64,000 nucleotides of DNA from an uncultured delta proteobacterium (lineage in GTDB: Bacteria; Myxococcota; UBA727; VGSZ01): contig CAVZJB010000004.1 in NCBI GenBank assembly GCA_963775425.1, positions 416,001-480,000 on the forward strand. Direction: 5' to 3'. Below, piece by piece: positions 17,424 to 28,658 of the stretch. The notes below the pieces were generated by a model. That model was not told where the DNA came from and made no database searches. It worked only from the letters and a program-made list of their open reading frames with translations. The position numbers were made by a program, and so were the translations under genes. Numbering within the stretch: position 1 is the stretch's first letter; every line of letters begins with the position of its first letter.

Positions 17424-20400
17424 GTGGACGTCACCGACAACAACAGCAGGACGCGCCCGCCGCCGCCGCCGCCGCCGCCGGTGAGCGCGCCGGCGACGGG
17501 CGTGGACAAGGTCCGCGATCCCCGACTCGTGCAGGGCGCGCCCGCGGTCCCCCCGCGGCCCGCCGCCCGCGACGCCTTCGTCGCCGAAGCCGGCACCGCC
17601 GCCGCCGCCGCCGCCCCCCGGGAAGATCCCACGCGCGCCGCGCGCGCCCGCCTCGAGCACGCCGGGCAGCAGGTGCGCCGCGGCCTCGCCTCGAGCCCCC
17701 CTTCGCCGCTGGCGCCGGCGCCGGCGCCGCCGGCCACGACGACGACCGCCCCCACGGCGTCGCCGGCAGCGGCGCCGCGCGCGAGCGTGTCTGCCGAAGA
17801 CCAGCGCGCGATCGACACGCTCGCCACGAGCGACAGCGGCCCCGCGCGCGCGCAGGCGTGGCAGACGCTCGAGCGCGCCCTGCATCCCGGGATGCCGAAC
17901 ACCCGCGCCTCCGCCGCCGACAAGCGCCAGGCGGCGGCCGTCGCCGAGGCGATGGGCAAGGCGCTCGGCGAGCACCCCGAGCAGCTCGCGGACAAGCGCA
18001 GCGGGCTGAACCTCAAAAACACGCTCGCGTCGCACGCGCGCCGTGGGGACGACGCCGCGCGGCGCGCCCTCGAGGACGCCGGCGATCGCGCGCGCGTCGG
18101 CAGCCTCTCGCGCGGCAGCGACGCCGAGCAGGCCCGGGCCCAACACGACGTCGTCGCGCACCTGCAAAGCGGGGCGCCGGCGGATCGCAAGCGGCTCGCC
18201 GCCGCGCTCGGCGCGAGCGCGCGCGGCGACGACTATGCGCACTACCGCGCGCTCGCCACGCTCGATCAGGCCGGCACGCCCGAGGCCCTCGATCAGGTCG
18301 CGAAGACCGGTGACTTCGCGTCGTCGCAGATCCTCGCGCGCCACGGCGAGGCCGGCCTCGACGCGGCCATGCGCCAGTGGGGCTCGATGACGCCCGAGCA
18401 GCGCGCGAACATGGAGGGGCTCCTTGGCTCCGACGCCGCCAAGGCGCGCCTCGCCGCCGGCGACCCCGCCGTCACCGCGGCCGCCGGCGACATCATCATG
18501 CAAGACCCCATCGGCGACTCGCTCATGCGCAGCGAGCTCGCCGCCGCCGGCACGCCCGCGGCCGCCGCGCAGCTCGCGCGCGCCACGGGGCACGAAAACG
18601 AGCCCACGCGCTCGCTCGCCGCCGCGGACCTCGATCGCATGGGCAAGACCGGCGTCGACGCGGCCGCCGCCGCGTGGGGCGCGGCGAGCGACGCCCACAC
18701 AGGCGCGCTGCTCCGGGTGCTCGGCAGCGCGGAAGGGCTCAAGACCCCCGCCGGACAGCAGGCGCTCCTCGACGCCGCCCGCGCCAGGGACCCCGCGCTG
18801 CGCGCGCAGGGCGTGGAGGCGCTCGACGTCGCCGGCCGCTGCGGCCGAGGCGACGACGCGTTCCGCCGGCAGGCCGTCGCCGCCGCCGCGGACGCCGCCG
18901 CCAACGCGGAGACCACCGACGACGCCGCCAAGGCGATGCGCGCCGCGGACGCCAACCTGCCGCGCCTGTCGACGTGGGGCCCCCAGGGCCAGGACAGCCG
19001 CGCCGCCAACGTCGACGCCTTCGCGTCGATGGCCCACGCGGCCGAGAGCGCGACGCCCGCCGGCCGCGCCGCCCTCGAGGCCCGCGCACGCGCCGTCGCC
19101 AAGGCGCTCGGCGCCTCCGACGACGCCGTCGACAAGGCCCGAGCCGTCCGACGCGGCTCACCCGACGAGCGCGCGAGCGCGCTCGCCAGGAGCAACGCCG
19201 AGGACCTCGCGCTCGAGGACGCGCGCCTCGGCAAGGACGGGCTGGGCCTGAACGACGCCCTCGACAACGTGCGCGCGCAGGCGTCGACGACGTCCGCCTA
19301 CGACCGCGCGCTGTCGAACGTCGCGCAGCACAACCAGGCCGTCGCGAGCGAGGCGCTGCGGCGCGCGGAGAAGGCCGGCGACGAAAGCGCCGTCACGCGC
19401 TTCGCCAAGCAAAACGTCTTCGACCAGACCGGTGAGCGCGCGTCGTGGAACGAGCGGCGCGCGCTCGACACGCTCGCCGGCGCCAGGAGCGGGCTCGCCA
19501 CGCACGAGATGATGCGCGCCGTCGCCGGGCGCGGGCGTGACTCGCTCGACGCCGCGCGCAGCTCGCTGAAACGCCTCGGCGACGCCGCGTCTGTGGAGCG
19601 GGCCGGCAGCCGCGCGCTCGCCAACCGCGATCCCGCCGTGCGGGAGGCGGCGGCCAGCTTGATGACGACGAACGGGACCGACGCAGCCAAAGCATCGGCG
19701 GCCCAGGCGCGGCGCGCCGAGCTCGCCCGCCGCACCGACGCCGCGCAGAAGGTCATGGCCGACACCGACGCGCGCTTCAAGGAGTCGATGGAGCGCCTCC
19801 CCGAGCTGCAGGCCGTGCGCGAGGGCCTGAAGCAGGAGGGCGTCGAGGTGCCGCGCGCGCTCGACACCGCCATCGGCGTCCTGCAGAGGAGCAAGGCCGA
19901 CGTCGTCGGGCAGCGCGAGGCGGCGGCGAAGAAGGTGGCCGACTACCTGCGCGACCCCGAGGTGCGGCGCTCGCTCGGCAACCTCTCGCAGGAGGAGGCA
20001 GGCGAGGCGCTCGAGGCCGCCACCGGCGCCATCGCGTCGACGCAGGCGGGCAAGGCGTTCGCGCAGGACGTGGCGGCCAAGGAGCTCGGCGGGTCGAGCG
20101 TGGACGATCCGCTGTTCAAGAAGGTCTTCGACGGCGCTTCCAAGAGCGCCACCCTGGCGAGCCGCTCGCTCAAGGTCGTCGACAACATGGTCGCCGGCCT
20201 CTCCGCCGCCGGCCCCGGCAGCTACCGGCACGCCGTCGCTCACGCGGTGGGCGCCACGTCCGATCAGGTGCGCGAGTGGGCGGCGATGACGAAGGAGGCG
20301 CGGCTCAACCCGTCGAGCTCGATGGTGAAGAGCCTCGGCAAGGTGGCGCACGGCGTGAACCACCTGAGCAACTCCCTCGACGTCATGAGCGCCGGCCTCT

Positions 20401-20804
20401 CGCTGCAAAACGCGGTGAACAACCCCACCGACGCGCGCGCGTGGACCGACGCGGCGAAGGACATCGCGCTCGCGGCCCGCGACTTCACCACCACCGGGAG
20501 CAAGGCGTTCACCGCGTGGACGGCGGTGGCGGCGCCGCTGACGGCGATCACCGGCGAGCTCGACACGCTGAGCGCCCTCGACCGCGGCGACTGGGACGCG
20601 GCCGCCGGCAACGGCGCCGTCGCCCTCGGCGGCGGCCTCGCCACCGCCGGCGTCATCATGAGCGCCACCGGCGTCGGCGCGGCCGCGGGCGTGCCTTTGA
20701 TGGTCGTCGGCGGCATCGTCTCCGCCGGCGGCTCGTTGTACGCGCACTTCTTCAAGGACGGCCCCGCCGAGGCCCGCGCCAAGGAGCTCGGCTTCCTGAG
20801 TTGA
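17424..20804 (+). CDS. Large Ala-rich orphan protein with HEAT-like helical repeats and a C-terminal hydrophobic Gly-rich hairpin (possible secreted effector)
   Basis: Open 1148-codon frame with high GC3. Likely start is GTG 17424 after GGAGG. C-terminus AAAGNGAVALGGGLATAGVIMSATGVGAAAGVPLMVVGGIVSAGGSLY. Function is inferred. Confidence 0.75.
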   Translation: MDVTDNNSRTRPPPPPPPPVSAPATGVDKVRDPRLVQGAPAVPPRPAARDAFVAEAGTAAAAAAPREDPTRAARARLEHAGQQVRRGLASSPPSPLAPAPAPPATTTTAPTASPAAAPRASVSAEDQRAIDTLATSDSGPARAQAWQTLERALHPGMPNTRASAADKRQAAAVAEAMGKALGEHPEQLADKRSGLNLKNTLASHARRGDDAARRALEDAGDRARVGSLSRGSDAEQARAQHDVVAHLQSGAPADRKRLAAALGASARGDDYAHYRALATLDQAGTPEALDQVAKTGDFASSQILARHGEAGLDAAMRQWGSMTPEQRANMEGLLGSDAAKARLAAGDPAVTAAAGDIIMQDPIGDSLMRSELAAAGTPAAAAQLARATGHENEPTRSLAAADLDRMGKTGVDAAAAAWGAASDAHTGALLRVLGSAEGLKTPAGQQALLDAARARDPALRAQGVEALDVAGRCGRGDDAFRRQAVAAAADAAANAETTDDAAKAMRAADANLPRLSTWGPQGQDSRAANVDAFASMAHAAESATPAGRAALEARARAVAKALGASDDAVDKARAVRRGSPDERASALARSNAEDLALEDARLGKDGLGLNDALDNVRAQASTTSAYDRALSNVAQHNQAVASEALRRAEKAGDESAVTRFAKQNVFDQTGERASWNERRALDTLAGARSGLATHEMMRAVAGRGRDSLDAARSSLKRLGDAASVERAGSRALANRDPAVREAAASLMTTNGTDAAKASAAQARRAELARRTDAAQKVMADTDARFKESMERLPELQAVREGLKQEGVEVPRALDTAIGVLQRSKADVVGQREAAAKKVADYLRDPEVRRSLGNLSQEEAGEALEAATGAIASTQAGKAFAQDVAAKELGGSSVDDPLFKKVFDGASKSATLASRSLKVVDNMVAGLSAAGPGSYRHAVAHAVGATSDQVREWAAMTKEARLNPSSSMVKSLGKVAHGVNHLSNSLDVMSAGLSLQNAVNNPTDARAWTDAAKDIALAARDFTTTGSKAFTAWTAVAAPLTAITGELDTLSALDRGDWDAAAGNGAVALGGGLATAGVIMSATGVGAAAGVPLMVVGGIVSAGGSLYAHFFKDGPAEARAKELGFLS

Positions 20805-20844
20805 GCGACGTCGCCCCGCCGTGACTGTCGTGGCGCGGCCAGGC

Positions 20845-21681
20845 TCAACCGAGAAGCGCGGGCAGCGGCTTCAAGAAGTTGCCGCCGTCGACGGTGACGA
20901 CGGTGCCGGTGATGAACGACGCCGCCGGCGTGCACAGGAAGGCGATGCAGCCGGCGCAGTCCTCGGCGGTGCCCATGCGGCCGAGCGGGACGGTGCTGGT
21001 CACGCGCGCGCGCGCTTCGGGGTCGGCCCACAGGCGGGCGTTGGCGCCCTCGGTGTCGACGGGGCCGGGGGCGATGGCGTTGACGCGGATGCCGACGGGC
21101 GCCCACTCCACCGCGAGCGTCTGGGCGAGGTTCAACATGCCGGCCTTGCCTGCCCCCGAGTGCGCCATCAGCGGCGACGCGGTGTAGCCGTTGGTGGCGG
21201 CGTTCAAAACGATGGACGCGCCGCCGCGCTCGCACAGGTGCGGGTACCAAGCGTGGATGGTGTTCCACGTGCCGAGCAGCACGGTGCCCACGACGGTGGC
21301 GAAGCCGTTGGGCGTGATGCTCGCCGCCGGCGCCAGGAAGTTCGCGCCGGCGTTGCACACGAGGATGTCGACGGCGCCGGACGTGTCGAGGGTTGCGTCC
21401 CGCCACGCGGCGAGCTCCTCGGGCTTCTTCACGTCGGCGGACGCCGTGACGACGGGGTGGTCGAAGCCCGCCGCGCGGCCGGCCGCTTCGATCTCGGCGC
21501 GGGCAGCCTCGAGCACGTCGGCCCGGCGGCCGCAGATGGACACCCGTGCCCCGAGCGCGGCGAAGCGCCGGGCGGTGACGAGCCCGATGCCCGTGCCGCC
21601 GCCGGTGATGGCGACGCTGCGGTGGGCGAAGAGGCCCGGGTGAAAGGTCTCGAGCGTGGATGACGACGGCGGCGTGGGCAT
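20845..21681 (-). CDS. SDR oxidoreductase, 2,4-dienoyl-CoA reductase-like
   Basis: ITGGGTGIG, NAGANF, AHSGAGKAG (His in place of the usual Tyr), IAPGPV. ATG 21681 preceded by GGAGGT. Confidence 0.88.
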   Translation of the reverse strand: MPTPPSSSTLETFHPGLFAHRSVAITGGGTGIGLVTARRFAALGARVSICGRRADVLEAARAEIEAAGRAAGFDHPVVTASADVKKPEELAAWRDATLDTSGAVDILVCNAGANFLAPAASITPNGFATVVGTVLLGTWNTIHAWYPHLCERGGASIVLNAATNGYTASPLMAHSGAGKAGMLNLAQTLAVEWAPVGIRVNAIAPGPVDTEGANARLWADPEARARVTSTVPLGRMGTAEDCAGCIAFLCTPAASFITGTVVTVDGGNFLKPLPALLG

Positions 21682-21830
21682 GGCCCGAACCTCCGTCGTC
21701 GAAGAGGCGTGTGCAAGGGCTCGGGGGGTGCGCGCTCGCGCACGGCCCGCCCGCGCGGCACGCCCGCGGACGTCGCGGGGGCGCCGCACCGCGGCGGCAT
21801 ACGGGGTGCAAAGGGCAGGACGACGTGCTG

Positions 21831-22247
21831 ATGCCTTCCGCCCTTTCACATTCGCCAGACGTGTCGACCCCGACGCGCCGTCACACCGCGCTCGTCGTCG
21901 AGGACGACCCGGCCACCCAGCGCCTGATCGCGCACACGCTGCGCGGCGCCGGCCTCTCCCCCGTCGGCGTCGGCAGCGGCGAGGCCGCCCTCGCGTGGCT
22001 GGAGATGAACCCGCCCCCGGCGCTCATGAGCGTGGACCTCATGCTGCCCCATATGTCCGGGCTGAGGCTCTGCGACGCCGTCCGCACACGACACGAGACG
22101 GCCTCGCTCCCCATCGTCATCATCACCGCGCGAAGCGGGGTGCAGGACGAGGCCGCCGCGCTCGAGGTGGGCGCGGCGTTCCTCGGCAAGCCGTTTCGCG
22201 TCCGCGAGCTGATCGACCTGGTCACGGGCCTGCTGGCGCCGCGATGA
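21831..22247 (+). CDS. Single-domain response regulator (CheY-like receiver)
   Basis: LVVEDD, VDLMLPHMSG, IIITA, FLGKPF; start uncertain. Confidence 0.88.
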   Translation: MPSALSHSPDVSTPTRRHTALVVEDDPATQRLIAHTLRGAGLSPVGVGSGEAALAWLEMNPPPALMSVDLMLPHMSGLRLCDAVRTRHETASLPIVIITARSGVQDEAAALEVGAAFLGKPFRVRELIDLVTGLLAPR

Positions 22248-22253
22248 GCGCGG

Positions 22254-22802
22254 TCAGGCGTTGGTGATCTCGGCCTCGTCGATGACCGGCACGCGCTCCG
22301 CCACGGGCTCCACGCGGCGGTAGCGGCGCTGCTGCCCCGGCAGGAAGTACATCCCGGTCACGCGCGGCGGCTGGTGGGTGAACTCCACCTTCTGCGGCTC
22401 GAACGTGCCCACCAAAGCGGTGCCGCCGTCGACGAGGGTGAGCTTGAGGCGGGCCATCACCTCGCCGTCGAGCTTCTGCGCGACACCCTCCGGGAAGCCC
22501 ATGGCTGCCAGCGCCTTCTTGCCGTGATCGCGGCGCGTGAGCGTCACGCGCCGGCCGACCACGATGCCCGAGTACTCCTGGTACCCGCCGGTGACGTCCC
22601 GCCGGCCGGTGATGAACGGCCCGAGCTGCCCGAGGGTGATGCGCTCGACGCGCGCGCCGTCGGCGATCTCGTCGTCGCTGAGCACGCGCTCCCACGTGCC
22701 GCTGATGCGAAAGAGGAACGTCGACAACAGCCACAAGGCGGCCGTGCCGCCGAGCGCGGCGACGACGACGACCCGGATGGTATCCCCGTCCACGCACAAC
22801 AC
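22254..22802 (-). CDS. Hypothetical protein with an N-terminal TM anchor
   Basis: Hydrophobic N-terminus followed by a beta-rich soluble domain; high GC3. Confidence 0.7.
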   Translation of the reverse strand: MLCVDGDTIRVVVVAALGGTAALWLLSTFLFRISGTWERVLSDDEIADGARVERITLGQLGPFITGRRDVTGGYQEYSGIVVGRRVTLTRRDHGKKALAAMGFPEGVAQKLDGEVMARLKLTLVDGGTALVGTFEPQKVEFTHQPPRVTGMYFLPGQQRRYRRVEPVAERVPVIDEAEITNA

Positions 22803-23026
22803 CCTCGTCCGCCCCGCCGGGGGCTGTCAACGCGGGCTCTCCTCGGGACGCCGCGCACACGCCGGCGCGGCGACCGCTCGATGGACGCATGAACCCTCCG
22901 CTGACGGCCCGCGGAGCGCGCGCCTCGAAGAGGGTTTGGGGCCGGTCTCGTGATCCGTCCGGGACCGGCCGGCGCACGGCCGCCGCCCCCCATCGGCCTC
23001 GAGCTTCGGCTCGAGCTTCGCCGCGG

Positions 23027-24505
23027 CTAATTGCAGCCGGTGAGCGTGGTGCCGGCGGCGGCGACGTTGATGTCGTCACCGGGGCCCGGGCGCGCGCCGC
23101 CGCACAGGACCACACGGGTGTCGCCTTCGAGCTGCCAGCCGGTGTCGGTGGCGCAGTCTGCGCCGTCGGGGAGGTGCGGGATGTTGGTGGTCTCGTTGGT
23201 GCCGGCCTTGGTGAGCTGTACGACGACGTTGTCGGGGTTGGCCGGCGGCTCCGCGAGCTCCACGAAGTCCACCGCGGCGATGAACGCGGCGATGTCGAGC
23301 ATGGTGCCGCGGAAGGAGCTGTTGCAGATGGAGTCCGTGCTCTTCTTGCCGATCGCGGTGGCGAGGTCGAAGTAGCGCGAGCCCGGATCTGCGGTGCAGC
23401 ACGGCGTGCCGGCCGAGGGATCGCAAGGGTCGCCGACGTTGGTGAAGTTGGAGAGGCCGCCGGAGTTGCGGCAGCCGCCGGTGGGCGCGCCGTCGCCGCC
23501 CACCTGGCAGCCCGCGGGCTCGACGTTGCCGGGCTCACCGAGGCCGCCGGCGATGACGGCCACCTTCACGTTCGGGTCGGCCGCGACGAGCGCGTCCTTG
23601 TACTTCGAGATGGGAGCGAGGTCGGGCGACGCGATCTCGTTGCCGTTGTCGTCCTGCGCGTAGCAGTTGGACGGGCTGAGCGGCGGCGTGATGAAGGAGC
23701 TGTAGGCGCCGCAGATCTCGCCGTCGAGCTCGTCGGCGAAGTCGCCGCCGAGGCCGTGGGAGCAGTCGTCCTCGTCGCTGAGGAACATGACGACGAGCGA
23801 CGCGTCGGGGCGCCGGAACGACTCGAAGTCGCCCACGCAGTCGGGGTTCGGGGACACGCCCGGCTCCTGCTGCAGGAAGATGGCGGCTGCGTCGAGGCCG
23901 CGCTCGTACGGCGAGCCGAAGATCTGGATGTTGTCGAGGGTGTCCTTGAAGCGCTGGGCGAAGTCGTCGTTGGAGGAGTCGCCGTCGGTGAGGTCCGCGG
24001 CCGCGATGATCTTCTCCGCGGTCCCCGGCGGGCCGTTGGGCTGCAGGCAGCCGCGCTGCGGGCGGAAGCCCCAGGCCTGTCCGCCTTGCTGGTCGGGCAG
24101 GCGGTTGTCGCACAGGCCGGCGTCGGTGGTGATGACGCCGACGCGGAAGTCGCTCTCGAACGCCGCGAGCAACTGGATGAAGCCGCACTTCGCCAGGGGG
24201 CCGTCGCCCGTGTACTGGTCGCGCACCGGGTTCTTGAACTGCGGGTCGATGTTCTTGAGGTCCTGGAGCGGGCACTCGGCGGCGTTCTGGTTCAGGAAGT
24301 TGTCCACCAGGTTCGCCTGCTCCTCCGCCATGGAGCCCGAATTGTCGACGACGATGAGGATGTCCGCCGCCTTGTTCACCGGCACCGGCACGTTGGTGAC
24401 GATGGTCTTGTCGCAACTGTTCTGCACTTCCTGAAACACGCGGCGGTTGCACGACAACGCCAACGGCGAGACGAGGACGAGCGCGAGGGCGAGGGGCTTC
24501 CGCAT
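23027..24505 (-). CDS. cglB: Cys-rich vWA-domain lipoprotein, CglB-like surface adhesin
   Basis: Lipobox LALSC, ADILIVVDNSGSMAEEQANL MIDAS motif, FRVGVITTD, ERGLDAA, FLSDEDDCS, SICNSSF. ATG 24505 preceded by GGAGG. True orthology to CglB is not certain. Confidence 0.6.
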   Translation of the reverse strand: MRKPLALALVLVSPLALSCNRRVFQEVQNSCDKTIVTNVPVPVNKAADILIVVDNSGSMAEEQANLVDNFLNQNAAECPLQDLKNIDPQFKNPVRDQYTGDGPLAKCGFIQLLAAFESDFRVGVITTDAGLCDNRLPDQQGGQAWGFRPQRGCLQPNGPPGTAEKIIAAADLTDGDSSNDDFAQRFKDTLDNIQIFGSPYERGLDAAAIFLQQEPGVSPNPDCVGDFESFRRPDASLVVMFLSDEDDCSHGLGGDFADELDGEICGAYSSFITPPLSPSNCYAQDDNGNEIASPDLAPISKYKDALVAADPNVKVAVIAGGLGEPGNVEPAGCQVGGDGAPTGGCRNSGGLSNFTNVGDPCDPSAGTPCCTADPGSRYFDLATAIGKKSTDSICNSSFRGTMLDIAAFIAAVDFVELAEPPANPDNVVVQLTKAGTNETTNIPHLPDGADCATDTGWQLEGDTRVVLCGGARPGPGDDINVAAAGTTLTGCN

Positions 24506-24673
24506 GAGACCTCCAAAGGGCAACTGTGATCTATAGCAAGCTCGCTTCGGGCCCGCTCGAAACGGGCCTCGGGACCACGACCGAGGGGACGCGCACCCGC
24601 CTGGGGGAGGCCCGCCCCCACGCCGCCGTCGACGAGGTCCGCGCGCCGCTGATGTGGGTTGTCGAGGCCGCGG

Positions 24674-26389
24674 TCACCCGCCGAGCAGCGAGCGGACGAG
24701 CTTGTCGACGTGCGCGAAGGCGTCGGCGACGGGGACGCGCTCGGTCTTGTCTTTGGGGTCCGACCGGCGCTTGACCTCGACGATGCCCTCCTTGAGGCCC
24801 TTGCCGCCGACGGCGACGCGCACGGGGTTCCCGATCAAGTCGGCGTCCTTGAACTTCACGCCGGGCCGCTCGTCGCGGTCGTCGTAGAGGACCTCGATGC
24901 CCGCCTGGATGAGCTTGCCGTAGAGATCGTCGGCGACCTTGGTGGTGTCCTCGTCCTTGCCGAGCGACACCAGCGAGACGTGGAACGGTGCGATGGGCGC
25001 GGGCCAGCGGATGCCGTCGTCGTCGTGGTTCTGCTCGATGGCCGCCGCCGCCGTACGCGTGACGCCGATGCCGTAGCAGCCCATGACGTACGGGCGCTCG
25101 ACCTTGTCCTCGCCCTGGTACGTCGCCTTCATCTTGTCGCTGTACCTGGTGCCGAGGAAGAACACGTGGCCGACCTCGATGCCGCGCACGATGTCGTAGG
25201 GCTTGCCGGTCTTGGGGCACACGTCGCCCTCGCGCGCGGACGTGAGGTCCGCCCACTCGGCGACGTCGAAGTCGCGGCCGACGGCCACCTGCACCCAATG
25301 CTTGTCCTTCTCGTTGCCGCCGCAGACGAGGCCGGCGAGGCCCTTGGCGCCGTGGTCGACGACGACGCGCAGGCCCTCTTTGGCCTTCACCGGGCCGGCG
25401 AAGCCCGGCGGCGCGCCCGTGTGCACGAGCACCTCGGCGTCGTTCAGCATGCGCACCTCGGACGCGCCGAGCGCCTTGTTGAGCTTGACCTCGTTGACGT
25501 CGCGATCGCCGCGGCAGAGCGCCATCACGGCCTTGCCGTCGACGAGGAACAGCACGGCCTTGAGCACGCGATCGGGGGCGACGCCGAGGAACGACGACAC
25601 CTCGTCGATGGTCTTCTTCTCACGCGTGTCGACGAGCGACGCCGCCATCTGCGCGTCCTCCGCGGGGCGATCGGGCGCCGCCACCGGGGCGAGCTCGACG
25701 TTGGCCGCGTAGTCGCCGGAGACGGCGATGGCGTCCTCGCCCGACTGCGCGAGCACCTGGAACTCGTGCGAGCGGTTGCCGCCGATGGCGCCGGTGTCCG
25801 CCTCGACGGCGCGGAACTCGAGGCCGCAGCGCGAGAAGATGCGGCCGTAGGTGGCGTACATGTTGTCGTACTCGCGGTGCGCGTCGGCCTCGTCGGCGTG
25901 GAACGAGTACGCGTCCTTCATGAGGAACTCGCGCCCGCGCATGAGGCCGAAGCGCGGGCGCACCTCGTCACGGAACTTGGTCTGGATCTGGTAGAGGTTG
26001 AGCGGGAGCTGGCGGTAGCTCTTCACCTCGTCGCGCACGAGCGACGTCACGACCTCTTCGTGGGTGGGCCCGAGCACGAACTCGCCGCCCTTCCTGTCCT
26101 TGATGCGGAGCAGCTCGGGGCCGTACGCGTCCCAGCGCCCGCTCTCGCGCCACAGCTCGCCGGGGCAGACCACCGGCATCACGATCTCCTGGGCGCCGGC
26201 GCGGTTCATCTCCTCGCGCACGATGTTCTCCACCTTCTTGAACACGCGGTTGGCGAGGGGGAGGTACGTGTAGATGCCGGCGGCGAGCTTGCGGATCATG
26301 CCCGCGCGCATCATCAGGCGGTGGCTGGCGACGACGGCGTCGGCCGGCGTCTCCTTCACGGTGGGGATCAGCATCTGGGAGTGGCGCAT
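24674..26389 (-). CDS. proS: Proline--tRNA ligase (with editing insertion domain)
   Basis: SHRLMMRAGMIRK, LGPTHEE, RDEVRPRFGLMRGREFLMKDAYSF, GIEVGHVF, MGCYGIGVTR, GVKFKDADLIG. Confidence 0.98.
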   Translation of the reverse strand: MRHSQMLIPTVKETPADAVVASHRLMMRAGMIRKLAAGIYTYLPLANRVFKKVENIVREEMNRAGAQEIVMPVVCPGELWRESGRWDAYGPELLRIKDRKGGEFVLGPTHEEVVTSLVRDEVKSYRQLPLNLYQIQTKFRDEVRPRFGLMRGREFLMKDAYSFHADEADAHREYDNMYATYGRIFSRCGLEFRAVEADTGAIGGNRSHEFQVLAQSGEDAIAVSGDYAANVELAPVAAPDRPAEDAQMAASLVDTREKKTIDEVSSFLGVAPDRVLKAVLFLVDGKAVMALCRGDRDVNEVKLNKALGASEVRMLNDAEVLVHTGAPPGFAGPVKAKEGLRVVVDHGAKGLAGLVCGGNEKDKHWVQVAVGRDFDVAEWADLTSAREGDVCPKTGKPYDIVRGIEVGHVFFLGTRYSDKMKATYQGEDKVERPYVMGCYGIGVTRTAAAAIEQNHDDDGIRWPAPIAPFHVSLVSLGKDEDTTKVADDLYGKLIQAGIEVLYDDRDERPGVKFKDADLIGNPVRVAVGGKGLKEGIVEVKRRSDPKDKTERVPVADAFAHVDKLVRSLLGG

Positions 26390-26458
26390 GCGCCGCGTAT
26401 GGCACGTGCCGGTCCCGTCGTCGATGCTCGCGCCGCCCCCCGCTGCTACCCTCGCCCC

Positions 26459-27358
26459 ATGGCAGATCCGCGCCGCCGCGCTCGGGACAACGCCGCCGGC
26501 CCGTGGTTCGTCGACACCACCTGCATCGCCTGCGACGCCTGCCGCCAGTGCGCCCCCGCGCTGTTCGCCGACCTCGCAGACGGCTCGTCCGCCGTGATGC
26601 GCCAGCCCGCGAGCGACGACGAGCTCCGCGGGGCGACGCTGGCGATGCTCGCGTGCCCCGTGGGCGCCATCGGCCACGACCACGAGGACGGGCGCGGCGG
26701 TGTCGAGCTTCGCGGGCTGTTCCCGCAGGAGCTCGACGACGGCGTCTGGTACTGCGGGTTCAACTCCCGCAAGAGCTACGGCGGCAACGCGTATCTCGTC
26801 GACCTCGGCGCCGCGGGGGACGAGCCCCACGACGAAGGGGCCCGCAGAAGGCTCGTGATGATCGACGCGCCACGCTTCGTGAAGCCCGTGGCGGACTTCA
26901 TCGCGGCCCGCGGCGGGCTCGCCGCCATCCTTTTGACCCACGGCGACGACGTCGCCGACGCCGATCGCTACGCCGAGCGCTTCGGCGCGCCCGCGTTCAT
27001 CCACGATGCCGACGCGTACGCCGCGCCGTTTGCGTCGACGTGGCGCGGCGTCGAGCCGGTCCGCGCGCTCGACGGCGCCGTCGAGGTGCTGCCGGTGCCG
27101 GGGCACACGCGCGGCAGCGTGATGTTCCTCGCGCGCGATCGGCTGTTCACCGGCGACTCGCTCGCCTGGTCGCGCGACGACCAGCGGCTCACGGCGTTCG
27201 ACGATGCGTGCTGGTACTCGTGGACCGAGCAGAAGCGCTCGCTCGCGCGCGTCGTCGGCCGCGCCTTCACGTGGGTGCTCCCGGGCCACGGACAGCGACA
27301 CAAAGCGAGCGTCGAGGAGAACACGGCCTCGCTCGCGGCGCTCGTCGCACGCATGTGA
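26459..27358 (+). CDS. Ferredoxin-fused MBL-fold metallo-hydrolase
   Basis: VDTTCIACDACRQCAP...CPVGAI ferredoxin; LTHGDDVAD, PGHTRGS, FTGD, LPGHG. Confidence 0.9.
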   Translation: MADPRRRARDNAAGPWFVDTTCIACDACRQCAPALFADLADGSSAVMRQPASDDELRGATLAMLACPVGAIGHDHEDGRGGVELRGLFPQELDDGVWYCGFNSRKSYGGNAYLVDLGAAGDEPHDEGARRRLVMIDAPRFVKPVADFIAARGGLAAILLTHGDDVADADRYAERFGAPAFIHDADAYAAPFASTWRGVEPVRALDGAVEVLPVPGHTRGSVMFLARDRLFTGDSLAWSRDDQRLTAFDDACWYSWTEQKRSLARVVGRAFTWVLPGHGQRHKASVEENTASLAALVARM

Positions 27359-27458
27359 CCGCGCTTCGCTACGAACGAGCGCCTGCGCGACGCGGCGACC
27401 GGAGCAGCGACGGGCGGATCGGGTCGAACACCGCGGGCGCGATCGCTACCACTACGCC

Positions 27459-28654
<1,196 letters not shown>

Positions 28655-28658
<4 letters not shown>

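Noticed and set aside
24659-27358. Apparent 899-aa and 875-aa overlapping proteins
   Set aside because: These are upstream extensions of two divergent genes, proS (start 26389) and the MBL hydrolase (start 26459), each reading through the other's antisense frame.
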